Origin: Candidatus Magasanikiibacteriota bacterium
GTDB lineage: Bacteria; Patescibacteriota; Patescibacteriia; Magasanikbacterales; GWA2-37-8
Direction of reading: 5' to 3'
DNA length: 64,000 nucleotides
Assembly: GCA_041666745.1 (NCBI GenBank)
Contig: JBAYGI010000005.1
Span: 7,748-71,747 of the forward strand
In this document: positions 1-9,348 of the stretch, piece by piece
Numbering within the stretch: the first letter of the stretch is position 1
How the letters are laid out: every line of letters begins with the position of its first letter
Notes under the pieces: generated by a model
Seen by the model: only the letters and a program-made list of their open reading frames with translations
Told to the model about the DNA's origin: nothing
Databases searched by the model: none
Program-made: the position numbers and the translations under genes

Positions 1-371
1 CCAACTATTATAAACCCAACTAACCCTACAGCTAAATAGCCAAAAGGTTTTTTATAATTGAAGTCAATTTTTTTAATAATAAATCCGGCCAACAGTCCCA
101 AAACTATCAGACTCACAACCAATAAATATGGAAACGATTCCAAAAAAGCAAAGACTCCACTATTGCCAAAACTCAAATATGCCAAATTATCCGATGCTTT
201 CAGATAAAATAAAACCAGATTGAAAAATAAAACCGCCAATAACACGGTTAGTACCAAAGCACTACGCAGTCCCAATTTTTCAGCTAAAAAAATATATTTG
301 GAACGTAATTGTACTCGCCCGCTTTTGATCTCCGCCATGACTTTTTTTTCAATTTGATTTTTATCAGTCAT
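1..371 (-). CDS. membrane protein encoded downstream of an ECF sigma factor (putative anti-sigma factor), C-terminus beyond window
   Basis: Minus-strand ORF starts at ATG 371..369, 1 nt after the sigma gene stop (373-375), and runs off the window. Translation is MTDKNQIEKKVMAEIKSG... followed by hydrophobic helices. The architecture parallels the partner of the second sigma gene at 50149..50541. Confidence 0.4.
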   Translation of the reverse strand, partial: MTDKNQIEKKVMAEIKSGRVQLRSKYIFLAEKLGLRSALVLTVLLAVLFFNLVLFYLKASDNLAYLSFGNSGVFAFLESFPYLLVVSLIVLGLLAGFIIKKIDFNYKKPFGYLAVGLVGFIIV

Positions 372-372
372 A

Positions 373-936
373 TTATTTCTTTTCTAAAAATTCTTTTAAG
401 GCGTTTTTGCCTCGCATGATAAGCGTGCCTACGGTATTGATGGGGATATGCAAAATGTCACTGATTTCTTCGTAAGATTTTTGTTCAAAAAAATATAATA
501 TTATCGGCTCACGATATTTTTCTTTCAAAAACGCGACCCCTTTTTCAATTTTGATTTTGGCGAAACCAATATCCGTATTTTTTTTCAAATCAATTTTTTC
601 ATCCACTATATCCAACTCATGCTCATCCAAAGAAATTTGTCCTCGGTTATTTTTTTTGATATGGTTGATGGCCTGATTATGGGCTATCCTATAAATCCAA
701 GCGGAAAACTTTCTCTCAATATCAAAATCGTATAAATTTTGGTAAGTCCTAATAAAAACTTCTTGAAGGACATCTTCAAGCTCATCTGGATTTTTAATAA
801 ATTTACGTAAATAGTGAGTCAGTTTCAACTGGTAACGCCTGATTATCTCAGCGTATTTTTCCTTATCATGCTCTCTGACTTCCACTACCAGCTGTTCGTC
901 GGTAAATTGATCAAGAGTCATATAACTATAATACAA
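373..936 (-). CDS. ECF-type RNA polymerase sigma-70 family factor
   Basis: 187 aa. Sigma-70 region 2 (…FIRTYQNLYDFD…FSAWIYRIAHNQAINHIKK) and region 4 HTH (…SYEEISDILHIPINTVGTLIMRGKNALKEFL). Confidence 0.8.
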   Translation of the reverse strand: MYYSYMTLDQFTDEQLVVEVREHDKEKYAEIIRRYQLKLTHYLRKFIKNPDELEDVLQEVFIRTYQNLYDFDIERKFSAWIYRIAHNQAINHIKKNNRGQISLDEHELDIVDEKIDLKKNTDIGFAKIKIEKGVAFLKEKYREPIILYFFEQKSYEEISDILHIPINTVGTLIMRGKNALKEFLEKK

Positions 937-988
937 GCGAAGAGTTTTTTTATTTCAAAATATCTCGATAGAATCGAGATATATTTTG

Positions 989-1059
989 TTCCGAGGCTTG
1001 GAATCGAACCAAGATAGACAGCTTCAAAGGCTGTTGTCCTACCTTTAGACGACCTCGGA
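989..1059 (-). tRNA. tRNA-Gln (anticodon UUG)
   Basis: Reverse complement folds as a cloverleaf: acceptor TCCGAGG/CCTCGGA with the U1:A72 typical of bacterial tRNA-Gln, anticodon loop CTTTGAA, T-loop TTCGATT. No encoded CCA. Confidence 0.7.
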
Positions 1060-1968
1060 TCATACGCGGAGTTGGCGACGCATGGCCAAACCGCTAGATA
1101 ATGTCGTGAGAATCAGTACACAAATAAACTGAACCCCAAACACATACAGGATATTCGAATTGTAGTAATTTGTCAAGGAGAAACCGTCGGTAAAAATTAC
1201 TGACAAATATGGGTCGATAAAACTCAAAGCAAAATAAAGTAGGACTACAGAAACTATCAAGCTTAAAATAGAAAAAATAAGAGATTCCACTAAATACGGC
1301 CCGCGAATAAACCAATTGCTTGCACCGACCAAACGTTTGATTCCAATCTCGGATTTTTGAGTATGAATAGCACTACGAACTGTATTGAACACTATCAAGA
1401 AAGATATACCGGCAAATAATAATACCAATCCAGCTACCGCCTTTTCGGTACGGCTGGTGATGTTTTGAATTTTTTCAATCGCACTTTCGTGTTCATCAAA
1501 ACTCTTTGCCTCGATCAGGTGTGAGTATTCGGGCACGCTCAACGCTTTGATAATTTTTTTATAATCCCCAGGTTCTTTGGTTTTAATCACCATGGTGGGA
1601 CCAAAGGGATTTTTGTCCAATTCAGACAGCGCGTCCAAAATATCTTTGCTTTGACTGTGTCTTTGTTTGAAAGAGTCCAGCACCTCGTCTGCATTTTGCA
1701 CCTTTACATTTACCACTTCCGGAAAAGCATTTACATATTTATTTATTTCCGCCACATTTTTTTCTCCGGCATCAGCACTGAAATATACACTAACATTTAC
1801 CTGATCCTTTATGAGATTGACCGCTTCTTTTGTGATAATTTTTACACACCAAAGAGCGTTGACTGACAAAAGCATCAAAATTAAAATCAAAACGGTCATA
1901 AAAGATAAACCGAAATTTCTCCAAATATCTTGCAAAGCAAATTTTAATATTCTTCCAATAAATATCAT
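1060..1968 (-). CDS. ftsX: cell division ABC transporter permease FtsX
   Basis: 302 aa with FtsX-like topology. Sits immediately downstream of the ftsE ATPase, as in the conserved ftsEX arrangement. Confidence 0.8.
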   Translation of the reverse strand: MIFIGRILKFALQDIWRNFGLSFMTVLILILMLLSVNALWCVKIITKEAVNLIKDQVNVSVYFSADAGEKNVAEINKYVNAFPEVVNVKVQNADEVLDSFKQRHSQSKDILDALSELDKNPFGPTMVIKTKEPGDYKKIIKALSVPEYSHLIEAKSFDEHESAIEKIQNITSRTEKAVAGLVLLFAGISFLIVFNTVRSAIHTQKSEIGIKRLVGASNWFIRGPYLVESLIFSILSLIVSVVLLYFALSFIDPYLSVIFTDGFSLTNYYNSNILYVFGVQFICVLILTTLSSGLAMRRQLRV

Positions 1969-1969
1969 A

Positions 1970-2650
1970 TTACAAAATATATTTTCCGGCCTCTTGATCC
2001 AATGTCAAATGGCCGTCGTGCAAAGTAATCACACGGCGACGCAAGGCATTGACCACTTCACGATTGTGAGTTAACAAAACAATTGTAGTTCCGAATTCAT
2101 TGATTTTTTTTAAAATCTGAATAATTTCCTCGGCATTGATAGTGTCTAGATTCCCAGTCGGCTCATCAGCTACTATAATTTTTGGTCTGTGCGCCAATGA
2201 TCGAGCGATAGCGACACGCTGTTGCTCACCACCAGATAATTGCATTGGATAACGTTTGTGACGATCAGACAAACCAACGATTTCCAACAATTGTGGTACC
2301 ACTTGCACGATACGGTGTTTCTTTTCGCCGGCTACTTCCAGAGCAAATGATACATTTTCATAAACAGTTTTTTGTGGTAACAGTTTATAATCCTGAAAAA
2401 TCATACCAATCTGACGGCGCAAAAAAGGAATCTCATTTTTTTTGATATTGGTGATATCCCAATCACCTATTTTGATTCGTCCTTTGGTAGGATTTTCTTC
2501 GGCAATCAAAAGCTTGGTAAAGGTGGTTTTACCACTACCGCTTTGACCGATAATCGAAACAAACTCACCGGCTTTGATATGTAAACTGATATCACGCAAG
2601 GCGACTGAATTTGCTGAATATATTTTTGTAATACCTTCAACTGTAATCAT
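1970..2650 (-). CDS. ftsE: cell division ABC ATPase FtsE
   Basis: Walker [13 protein letters not shown] signature [15 protein letters not shown], Walker [12 protein letters not shown]. 226 aa. Confidence 0.85.
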   Translation of the reverse strand: MITVEGITKIYSANSVALRDISLHIKAGEFVSIIGQSGSGKTTFTKLLIAEENPTKGRIKIGDWDITNIKKNEIPFLRRQIGMIFQDYKLLPQKTVYENVSFALEVAGEKKHRIVQVVPQLLEIVGLSDRHKRYPMQLSGGEQQRVAIARSLAHRPKIIVADEPTGNLDTINAEEIIQILKKINEFGTTIVLLTHNREVVNALRRRVITLHDGHLTLDQEAGKYIL

Positions 2651-2701
2651 AAAGATTGATATATTATAACACAGTTTTCAAATAATCAAAAATCTAGATA
2701 T

Positions 2702-2777
2702 TGGAGCCATCTTCGGGAATCGAACCCGAGACCTTCTCGTTACGAGTGAGATGCTCTACCAACTGAGCTAAGATGGC
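2702..2777 (-). tRNA. tRNA-Thr (anticodon CGU), CCA encoded
   Basis: Reverse complement is GCCATCTTAGCTCAGTTGGTAGAGCATCTCACTCGTAACGAGAAGGTCTCGGGTTCGATTCCCGAAGATGGCTCCA. Anticodon loop CTCGTAA. Confidence 0.8.
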
Positions 2778-2791
2778 GTGATATTACATCG

Positions 2792-2862
2792 AGCGGGATA
2801 CGGGAATCGAACCCGCATCTTAGCCTTGGGAAGGCCACATACTACCACTGTACTAATCCCGC
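2792..2862 (-). tRNA. tRNA-Gly (anticodon CCC)
   Basis: Reverse complement is GCGGGATTAGTACAGTGGTAGTATGTGGCCTTCCCAAGGCTAAGATGCGGGTTCGATTCCCGTATCCCGCT, closely resembling canonical bacterial tRNA-Gly(CCC). No encoded CCA. Confidence 0.8.
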
Positions 2863-2865
2863 AAC

Positions 2866-2898
2866 AAAATGAGGGCTTGTTGCGCCCTCATTTTTATT
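2866..2898 (-). terminator. rho-independent terminator after the PPIase gene
   Basis: On the minus strand: AAAAATGAGGGCGCAACAAGCCCTCATTTTGTT (GAGGGC/GCCCTC stem followed by a U-run). Confidence 0.5.
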
Positions 2899-2902
2899 CA
2901 AC

Positions 2903-3949
2903 TTATTTATTTAGATCTAGAAACGGATTGTGTACCTTTGCATACAATTTGAAGGTGGCAGTTTTTGCCAACTGATCCAAAAATGTTTCCGGGGTTAAGA
3001 AACGGAACAATATATGACGTGCGTGCACTTTTTCCGCTGAAACAGTTTTGCCTTTGGCGTCTTTTGTTTTTTCGATTTTTCTTTCTTCCAATTTTATAAT
3101 GTGATAACCATATTCAGTTTGCACCAAATCCTGAGTGATTTCACTCGCCTTGAGCGCATATACCGCTTTTTCAAATTCCGGCACCATATCCCCTTTTCCA
3201 AACCAACCCAGATCACCGCCGTTGGCTTTGGTACCATCCTCACCGTATATTTTGGCTTCTTCAGCAAAATCTTTACCGGCTTTTATTTCATTTAGCACTG
3301 TCAACGCTTTATTGCGAATTTCTTCCTGAGCTTTTTGGTCACCTTGAATTTTTTCTCCGATTTTTTGTTGTAAAATAAAATTCTTAATTACTTTTTCTTC
3401 ATACTGTGCATAAGTCCAACCATAGCGTTGTTGGATTTCTTTTTCAACTTCCGTCATATCTTTAAACTGTTTCAACAAACTGGCTTTTAGATCTTCTATA
3501 TCTTTCGCTTCTACTTGTACACCGTATTTTATGGCCGCCTCTTTTACTAAAATATTATTGGCCAAACGCCACAAAACTTGATCCGACATTTGTTCGGCGG
3601 TCAAACCGGCAGCGTTACCTTGATTGGCTTTGTCGAAAGCAACCAACTTTTGAATTGCATGCACATCATCGACATAATTCGAATATAATATACTTTCGCC
3701 GTTGACCTTCAATACCGGTAGACACAAAATTCTGGCGACTGTCACGGTAAATTTATCGGTTGCCGCTTTTGCGTATACACGATAAATACCAACTCCGGTG
3801 GAAATTACGATTGCCGCTACCAAAATAGAAACCAAACCGGTTACAAACATTTTCATGTTTTTATTTTCGTCTGATGACTTATGTGTAGCCGAAACCGGCT
3901 CCTCCGCCACTGTTTTTTGTTGTTCCTCCTGAGGAATATTTTGTTCCAT
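2903..3949 (-). CDS. PpiC/parvulin-type peptidyl-prolyl isomerase (PrsA/SurA-like), membrane anchored
   Basis: N-terminal TM helix. C-terminal parvulin domain: …HARHILF…GGDLGWFGKGDMVPEFEKAVYAL…. Confidence 0.7.
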   Translation of the reverse strand: MEQNIPQEEQQKTVAEEPVSATHKSSDENKNMKMFVTGLVSILVAAIVISTGVGIYRVYAKAATDKFTVTVARILCLPVLKVNGESILYSNYVDDVHAIQKLVAFDKANQGNAAGLTAEQMSDQVLWRLANNILVKEAAIKYGVQVEAKDIEDLKASLLKQFKDMTEVEKEIQQRYGWTYAQYEEKVIKNFILQQKIGEKIQGDQKAQEEIRNKALTVLNEIKAGKDFAEEAKIYGEDGTKANGGDLGWFGKGDMVPEFEKAVYALKASEITQDLVQTEYGYHIIKLEERKIEKTKDAKGKTVSAEKVHARHILFRFLTPETFLDQLAKTATFKLYAKVHNPFLDLNK

Positions 3950-3957
3950 AGAATTAA

Positions 3958-4371
3958 TTAATTATTATTTTTAAAAAAGAAAAATTTAAACCACTTTATT
4001 GGATTTTTAACATTAGACCATTTTACCAAATTCGGTTCCGGTTGTCCAATATCGTTTTTTGATGAACCACTGGGTATTACTGCCATTTTTTCCCCCGGTT
4101 TTAATAAATTTAGCTCTGTACGGGCTTTTTCTTCCACAAAAGCTTGGGATTGGACATGTTTAAAAATCTCCATTGTCTCCAATTTTTTGGCTTCCAAATT
4201 ACCAACTTCTTCATGTAGTGTATTGATCTCACTACGAACTTTATACTCTTGATAATACGCCCGAATGTACGAAAAAATCAATAGCACCGCCAAGCCAAAC
4301 AAAACCAGTAAAAACCAGCGCGAATAAAAAACATTTTTCCAATTTCCATTTTTCGATTCTGCCATAATCAA
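3958..4371 (-). CDS. septum formation initiator FtsB/DivIC-like protein
   Basis: 137 aa with an N-terminal TM helix followed by a coiled coil (EINTLHEEVGNLEAKKLETMEIFKHVQ…). Confidence 0.5.
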   Translation of the reverse strand: MIMAESKNGNWKNVFYSRWFLLVLFGLAVLLIFSYIRAYYQEYKVRSEINTLHEEVGNLEAKKLETMEIFKHVQSQAFVEEKARTELNLLKPGEKMAVIPSGSSKNDIGQPEPNLVKWSNVKNPIKWFKFFFFKNNN

Positions 4372-4388
4372 ATTATACCACTTTTTTA

Positions 4389-5021
4389 TTATTCTTCAAT
4401 TTCTTGGTCGATTAACTTTAATTGTTCCTCAGTTAAATCGTGAATTTCACACAACTGCGCCTCATCTAAATCTGGAATTATATTTACAAATGCTTTATAT
4501 ACAGAATCCTGATCACGTAAATTTTTATTATTAACAAAATTATTTTTATGTTCCAGAATCAGATCCAAAATTCTTTGTGGATATTTAACCTGATTTAATT
4601 CCAATGACGCTTGTTCGTCATCAGTTTCAATCGTAACTGAACCGTAATTTAAAATATTTGGAAGAAAACCTTTTCTGCGAACATACACATCCACAATATC
4701 ATTGAAATGTATTACGGATAAATATTCGTCGAACCAACCGACACGATTGACATTTATCAAGCGCTCTGTGGTAATAATTGAAAAATTTTTATTATTAAAA
4801 TACCAAGTGCGAAAAATAATAAATAAACCGACAAACATCGCCAGTCCGTACAGTACATATCCCCAAGCACCTTGAGAAAACAACCAAAACATAAAAAATG
4901 AAGCACCGCTCAAAAATGCAAAGCCAAATAAGTATAACCAAAAATAAGTAAAGAAGAAAGCTTTAACAATCAAAATTATTTCTTCATTTTGTCTTAAATT
5001 AATTTTTTTGGCTAGCGACAT
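4389..5021 (-). CDS. hypothetical membrane protein (two TM helices plus a cytoplasmic PH-like domain)
   Basis: 210 aa with two N-terminal hydrophobic helices. No recognisable catalytic motif. Confidence 0.35.
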   Translation of the reverse strand: MSLAKKINLRQNEEIILIVKAFFFTYFWLYLFGFAFLSGASFFMFWLFSQGAWGYVLYGLAMFVGLFIIFRTWYFNNKNFSIITTERLINVNRVGWFDEYLSVIHFNDIVDVYVRRKGFLPNILNYGSVTIETDDEQASLELNQVKYPQRILDLILEHKNNFVNNKNLRDQDSVYKAFVNIIPDLDEAQLCEIHDLTEEQLKLIDQEIEE

Positions 5022-6306
5022 AATGTTCTAAAATTTCTCTAGCGGCGGTACGATCATCCCAAGGAATTTTTTCTCCGTTGGCAATAGCGATATACGGCTC
5101 AGTTCCTTTGGCGGTAAGCACAACCACATCTCCGGATTTTGCCAAACTAAAAGCTTTTTGAATACCTTTGAAACGATCAATCACTACAAATAAATCCTGT
5201 CCTTCTTTTTTTCCGGACAATACCGCGCCTTGAGCCAACATCTGAGCAATCTGCATCGGGTCTTCATCAAAACAATTTACATCCGAAATCACAATATAAT
5301 CACAAAGTTTGCCGGCGATCTCCCCCATTTTCGAACGCTTGGCAACATCTCGCCCACCACCATCAGAACCGATCAAAGCGATTATTTTGCCTTTGGAAAT
5401 TTTTCTTAAAGTTGTAAACAGTTCGGTCAAACTCATTGGTTCGTGAGCGTAATCCACAACTACTTTAAAATCTTGTCCCGCGTTGATAAACTCCATGCGT
5501 CCATCTATTTTCGCAATTTCTTTCAAACCGTTTGCTATTTTTTCTTCGGAAATATTTTGAGTTTTGCCGACCGCTATGGCGGCCAAGGCATTGTAAGCAT
5601 TGAAATCACCGACCAAATTTATATGATAATTTTTGTTATCCACTTTGAAACGCACCCCCAGCTCATCTGAAGACAAAATTTCTCCTTGTAAAACCTGTGA
5701 AACATTTGGGTTGGTTTTGGCATGCAAACTATAACCCACTTTTTTATCCGCCCAATATTTTAAATAAAATTCAGCGTTTTCATCATCTAAATTTACCGCG
5801 ATAACTTTTTCAATTTTTTTATCATTTAAAATTTTGTGAGAATATTTTTTTAGAGCAGAAAATAATTTGCCTTTGTCCGCTTTGAGATTTTCAAAACCTC
5901 CGTGGCGTTCACTATGTTCGGTACCCAAATTTGTAAAAACAGCGACGTCGTAATGCAAACCATAATGACGATATTGCAAAATCCCTTCAGACGATGTTTC
6001 CACTACCGCATACTGACAACCGGCTTCTACCATCTCCGCAAGCATTTTTTGAATTTGCCCCAAACCAAGCATGGTCATTTTTTTATCATTGAGCCAACGT
6101 TTTTCACCGATTTGAAACTCAACCGTCGACATCAAACCGACTTTGTACCCACCGGCTTTCAATACTTCGGCAATAAATTTGCAGGTGGTGGATTTCCCTT
6201 TCGTGCCTGTAACTCCCACTACGATTAATTTACGCGCTGGGCGACAATAGTACCAATATGCCACCAAAGCAATTATTAGATGTTTTAGATTTTTGATTTT
6301 TTGCAT
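4999..6306 (-). CDS. Mur ligase family protein (no N-terminal domain; MurT/FolC/CapB-like architecture)
   Basis: P-loop VVGVTGTKGKSTT at residue ~30 and a Mur-ligase central/C-terminal region with DYAHEP. 435 aa. Confidence 0.65.
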   Translation of the reverse strand: MQKIKNLKHLIIALVAYWYYCRPARKLIVVGVTGTKGKSTTCKFIAEVLKAGGYKVGLMSTVEFQIGEKRWLNDKKMTMLGLGQIQKMLAEMVEAGCQYAVVETSSEGILQYRHYGLHYDVAVFTNLGTEHSERHGGFENLKADKGKLFSALKKYSHKILNDKKIEKVIAVNLDDENAEFYLKYWADKKVGYSLHAKTNPNVSQVLQGEILSSDELGVRFKVDNKNYHINLVGDFNAYNALAAIAVGKTQNISEEKIANGLKEIAKIDGRMEFINAGQDFKVVVDYAHEPMSLTELFTTLRKISKGKIIALIGSDGGGRDVAKRSKMGEIAGKLCDYIVISDVNCFDEDPMQIAQMLAQGAVLSGKKEGQDLFVVIDRFKGIQKAFSLAKSGDVVVLTAKGTEPYIAIANGEKIPWDDRTAAREILEHYVASQKN

Positions 6307-6317
6307 AAAGCCCGATT

Positions 6318-6890
6318 TTAGTTTCTAATGGTAACTTCATAAACCACCTGCTCCAATTTTTGCAACGCTTGTTTGGCTTGATCAAATTTATTGCGATGAT
6401 AACCGGTCAAATCCATATCCATCAATTCACCAATAATCTCTTCAGCGTATTCGTAACATTTTTTTGTTAGATCAAAATTACGAGCAGTGGCCGCCCGAAT
6501 CGCATAACGACACAGCTCACCCGGTACATCACACAGACCGCTGATAAAAGCATCGGAATCCACCTCCACTACTTTTATTTTACCAACCGGTTTTTCGTGC
6601 ACATAGCTATTGAACAACACCGCTTCGACATATTCTTCCAAAGCGGCTTTGTAAGACCCCTCACCAAACAAGCGTCTGTCTGCCTTGAATTTTTTATTCA
6701 TTTCCAAAAGCAAGCCCTCAGCCAACTTCAGTCTTTCGCTACCACCTTCTTTATCATCGCGCTGGAGAGCAAAAATGGCCTTCTTAGCGTGTTGTTGAGC
6801 GTCACCTGACATCTTTATAACCTCACGTCTTTTTTGAGCATAGCTCAACAAATCTGACCTCACCGATTGAATATATTTCTTATCTAACAT
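6318..6890 (-). CDS. hypothetical alpha-helical protein
   Basis: 190-aa ORF with good coding periodicity. No diagnostic motif recognised. Confidence 0.4.
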   Translation of the reverse strand: MLDKKYIQSVRSDLLSYAQKRREVIKMSGDAQQHAKKAIFALQRDDKEGGSERLKLAEGLLLEMNKKFKADRRLFGEGSYKAALEEYVEAVLFNSYVHEKPVGKIKVVEVDSDAFISGLCDVPGELCRYAIRAATARNFDLTKKCYEYAEEIIGELMDMDLTGYHRNKFDQAKQALQKLEQVVYEVTIRN

Positions 6891-7009
6891 AAATTATCCA
6901 CTTTAAAAGTTAAGGGCACTTGATTTTTTATTGATTTTATTATATCATTCTTTTTGTTGTTTTGTCTATGCAAAATATACCCTCCTTCGCCAAGGCTATG
7001 GCGGGCAAA

Positions 7010-7082
7010 ATGGGCCGGTAGCTCAGCTGGTAGAGCAGATCCCTTTTAAGGATAAGGTCCCGGGTTCGAGCCCCGGCCGGCC
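7010..7082 (+). tRNA. tRNA-Lys (anticodon UUU)
   Basis: GGGCCGGTAGCTCAGCTGGTAGAGCAGATCCCTTTTAAGGATAAGGTCCCGGGTTCGAGCCCCGGCCGGCCCA. Anticodon loop CTTTTAA. No encoded CCA. Confidence 0.8.
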
Positions 7083-7130
7083 CACTAGAAAAAATACTCC
7101 AACTTGTTGGGGTATTTTTGTATATAATTA

Positions 7131-7263
7131 CGGCCGGGGCTCGAACAAAGGGGTGGTGGGGAAAGTATTTCCCCACATTGCTGAGGAAGGCTTGTGGAAA
7201 CCCGAAGGTTTCCGCAGGAGGATCCGCCGACAGGCGGAGACGACGTTCGCGCCCCGGCCGGCC
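7131..7263. other. structured GC-rich element bounded by an inverted copy and a direct copy of the tRNA-Lys 3' end
   Basis: 7131-7146 (CGGCCGGGGCTCGAAC) is the reverse complement of the tRNA T-arm/acceptor 3' half. 7246-7263 (GCGCCCCGGCCGGCCCAC) directly repeats tRNA 7066-7083. The interior carries GC hairpins (GTGGGGAAAGTATTTCCCCAC, GGAAACCCGAAGGTTTCC, CCGCCGACAGGCGG) in an AT-rich genome. Confidence 0.35.
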
Positions 7264-7316
7264 CACAAAGCAAAAACCCTCCGATTTGATTCGAAGGGTT
7301 TTTCTTTTTTATCTCT

Positions 7317-9314
7317 TTATTTCTCCGGACCAACATGCACACCTATTTTTGCCCCACCGGAAATTGATTTTCCAAAATATGTCAATTCCACATAAGGCGC
7401 ATCTTTTTTGAGGGTGTATTTCTTTTTTATATCAAGCTTCAAAGCTATGTTGGTACTTTTGGCGCCAGTCATTTTCAACCAAACATAGTTGTTGTTATAT
7501 TTAGTAACTTTAAATTGAAAAGCTACTCCACTATAAATAAATGATTTGTTGGTGCAAATAGTATAAACACCATCTACCCCTTTTTCATCAGTACAACTTT
7601 CACTGTATGAATCCTGCAAAGAAGTATTGGAATCTACTTTGAACAACGCCCTACCTTCGGCTCCGACACCAATATAAGTTATAGTCAAATATTTTCCCGG
7701 CTTATTGACAACATAGAAAGTTTCCGGAGTATTTAAAACCAAGTCTGCATCTTCTTCACTCAAGCCTGCGAGCTCTACATTGGCTTCCTCACCATCATTG
7801 CTAATCACTTTTATTTTTGTTCCACTCCAATAGTGATCAATAGCAAAACCATTACAAATCAAAACATTACTATTTCCAGATTTTATATCACTACAAGCTG
7901 GCAAAGGTTTGGTGGTTGGAGAGGAAGTGGCGGTAGTGGCGTAGGAAAAATTTACATAATCAGACCACTGGCCGGTAAAGCCATTTGGAAACATTGGTAA
8001 AACTCTAACTTTAAATTGACCGTCTCCCCATAATGGCGCAGTTTGCAAAGTGTTGGAATAAGTTTTCCATTTCATAACCGCTGACCACAATGGTTGAGAA
8101 CATTTTTCACAAGCTACTTCTACTTGATATTGGTTGGCATTATCTACTTTTTTCCAAATTAAATCCACAATTCGTGGGTAGTTTGTAAGAATAGAACCAT
8201 TGTCTGGTGAAGTAATTGTGGTTTTGGCCATTTCATCAACCCACGGAGTTTTGTTATCATCACTTTTTGGTTTAGCCAAGCAAGTTCCATCCGCACAACC
8301 ATATGGACATTTGTACCACTGAGTATGAACATAATTTTTACCACTGGCAGAACTGCAATGTGTTTCAGCTATAAAATTTCCTGACACTTTATTTTTATCA
8401 CCAATATATATACCACAAGAATCAGGATACACATCATAAGCTCCGGTTAATTCATCGTTACCGGTAGCGATACCAAAAACATTGTAATTTAATTTGTCGG
8501 TTTCTGTACATTTGGCATTTGGAGTAGCAACTGGTTTAATTTTGCACGCTCCTTTAAAACAACCATAATCGCATTTGTACCACTGGTCATGAACTTTGCC
8601 ATAAGAACAATTTTTTTCATCAATATAAGCACCCTCGGATTTTCCTGAATCCCCAACATAATTTCCACAACTATCTTCAAAAGTACCTTTGGATAAACCA
8701 TTTTCTGATTGACCGGTGGCGTTACCAAATACATTGTAATCCAAGCCTTTATCACTTTCACTACAAGCTGGAGTTTCGACGGGAGTTGGAGCCGTCATTT
8801 TTAAACAAGCGCCATTTTCACAACCGTTTTCACATTTATACCACTGGGTATGCACATAGCCATTGGAACAATTACGTTCAGCTATATATGAGCCTTTTTC
8901 TTTATTTAAATCACCTACACTGGCACCACAACTATCATTTACTGTAGCTATCGAAGTTGAACCCTCAATAATACCAGTCGCCCAACTGGAAGTGTAATAA
9001 TCTAATCCACTATCGCCTTCCGTACAACTAATTTTGGTGGCGGTTGCAGAGTCATCACAAGGTTTCCAATTTACATAATATTCAGTATCTGAAGTACATT
9101 TCATGGTATAAAACTGATAACCATACTCGGTTTTTCGACAAGCGGTCGTCAAAACATAAGTAGAATTATCTCTTGTTATCTGAATATCGTTGCCAACTTG
9201 TACACATTTGGTCACAGCTACTGGATTCCCACCAACATCTGGCAAAGCATACGTAGCCACTGGCACTGCCAACAAAAAGGCAAATACCACTAACGAAAGA
9301 AAAATTTTCTTCAT
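7317..9314 (-). CDS. secreted protein with three tandem Cys-rich modules
   Basis: Signal peptide MKKIFLSLVVFAFLLAVPVATYA. Three approximately 95-aa repeats each ending WYKC(E/D/P)xGCxxGxC(L/K)…. Confidence 0.6.
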   Translation of the reverse strand: MKKIFLSLVVFAFLLAVPVATYALPDVGGNPVAVTKCVQVGNDIQITRDNSTYVLTTACRKTEYGYQFYTMKCTSDTEYYVNWKPCDDSATATKISCTEGDSGLDYYTSSWATGIIEGSTSIATVNDSCGASVGDLNKEKGSYIAERNCSNGYVHTQWYKCENGCENGACLKMTAPTPVETPACSESDKGLDYNVFGNATGQSENGLSKGTFEDSCGNYVGDSGKSEGAYIDEKNCSYGKVHDQWYKCDYGCFKGACKIKPVATPNAKCTETDKLNYNVFGIATGNDELTGAYDVYPDSCGIYIGDKNKVSGNFIAETHCSSASGKNYVHTQWYKCPYGCADGTCLAKPKSDDNKTPWVDEMAKTTITSPDNGSILTNYPRIVDLIWKKVDNANQYQVEVACEKCSQPLWSAVMKWKTYSNTLQTAPLWGDGQFKVRVLPMFPNGFTGQWSDYVNFSYATTATSSPTTKPLPACSDIKSGNSNVLICNGFAIDHYWSGTKIKVISNDGEEANVELAGLSEEDADLVLNTPETFYVVNKPGKYLTITYIGVGAEGRALFKVDSNTSLQDSYSESCTDEKGVDGVYTICTNKSFIYSGVAFQFKVTKYNNNYVWLKMTGAKSTNIALKLDIKKKYTLKKDAPYVELTYFGKSISGGAKIGVHVGPEK

Positions 9315-9348
9315 AATTAGTTTAGATTATTAATAAATTATATTTTTA

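Noticed and set aside
814-1017. 67-aa plus-strand ORF overlapping the sigma-factor gene and tRNA-Gln
   Set aside because: Antisense to a well-supported gene and runs into the tRNA. No RBS. Spurious.
7131-7263. Identification of the tRNA-Lys-adjacent element as SRP (4.5S) RNA
   Set aside because: It has a closing helix and a GGAAGG-containing internal segment, but the conserved domain IV arrangement (…GGUCC-GNRA-GGAAGCAG…) could not be matched. Left as an unassigned structured element.
6940-7411. ORFs 6940..7266(-), 7085..7342(-), 6931..7395(+) and 7118..7411(+) overlapping the tRNA-Lys region
   Set aside because: They translate through tRNA-Lys and the GC-rich structured element (e.g. the GARTRDL-type antisense-tRNA peptide signature). 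No coding periodicity. Spurious.
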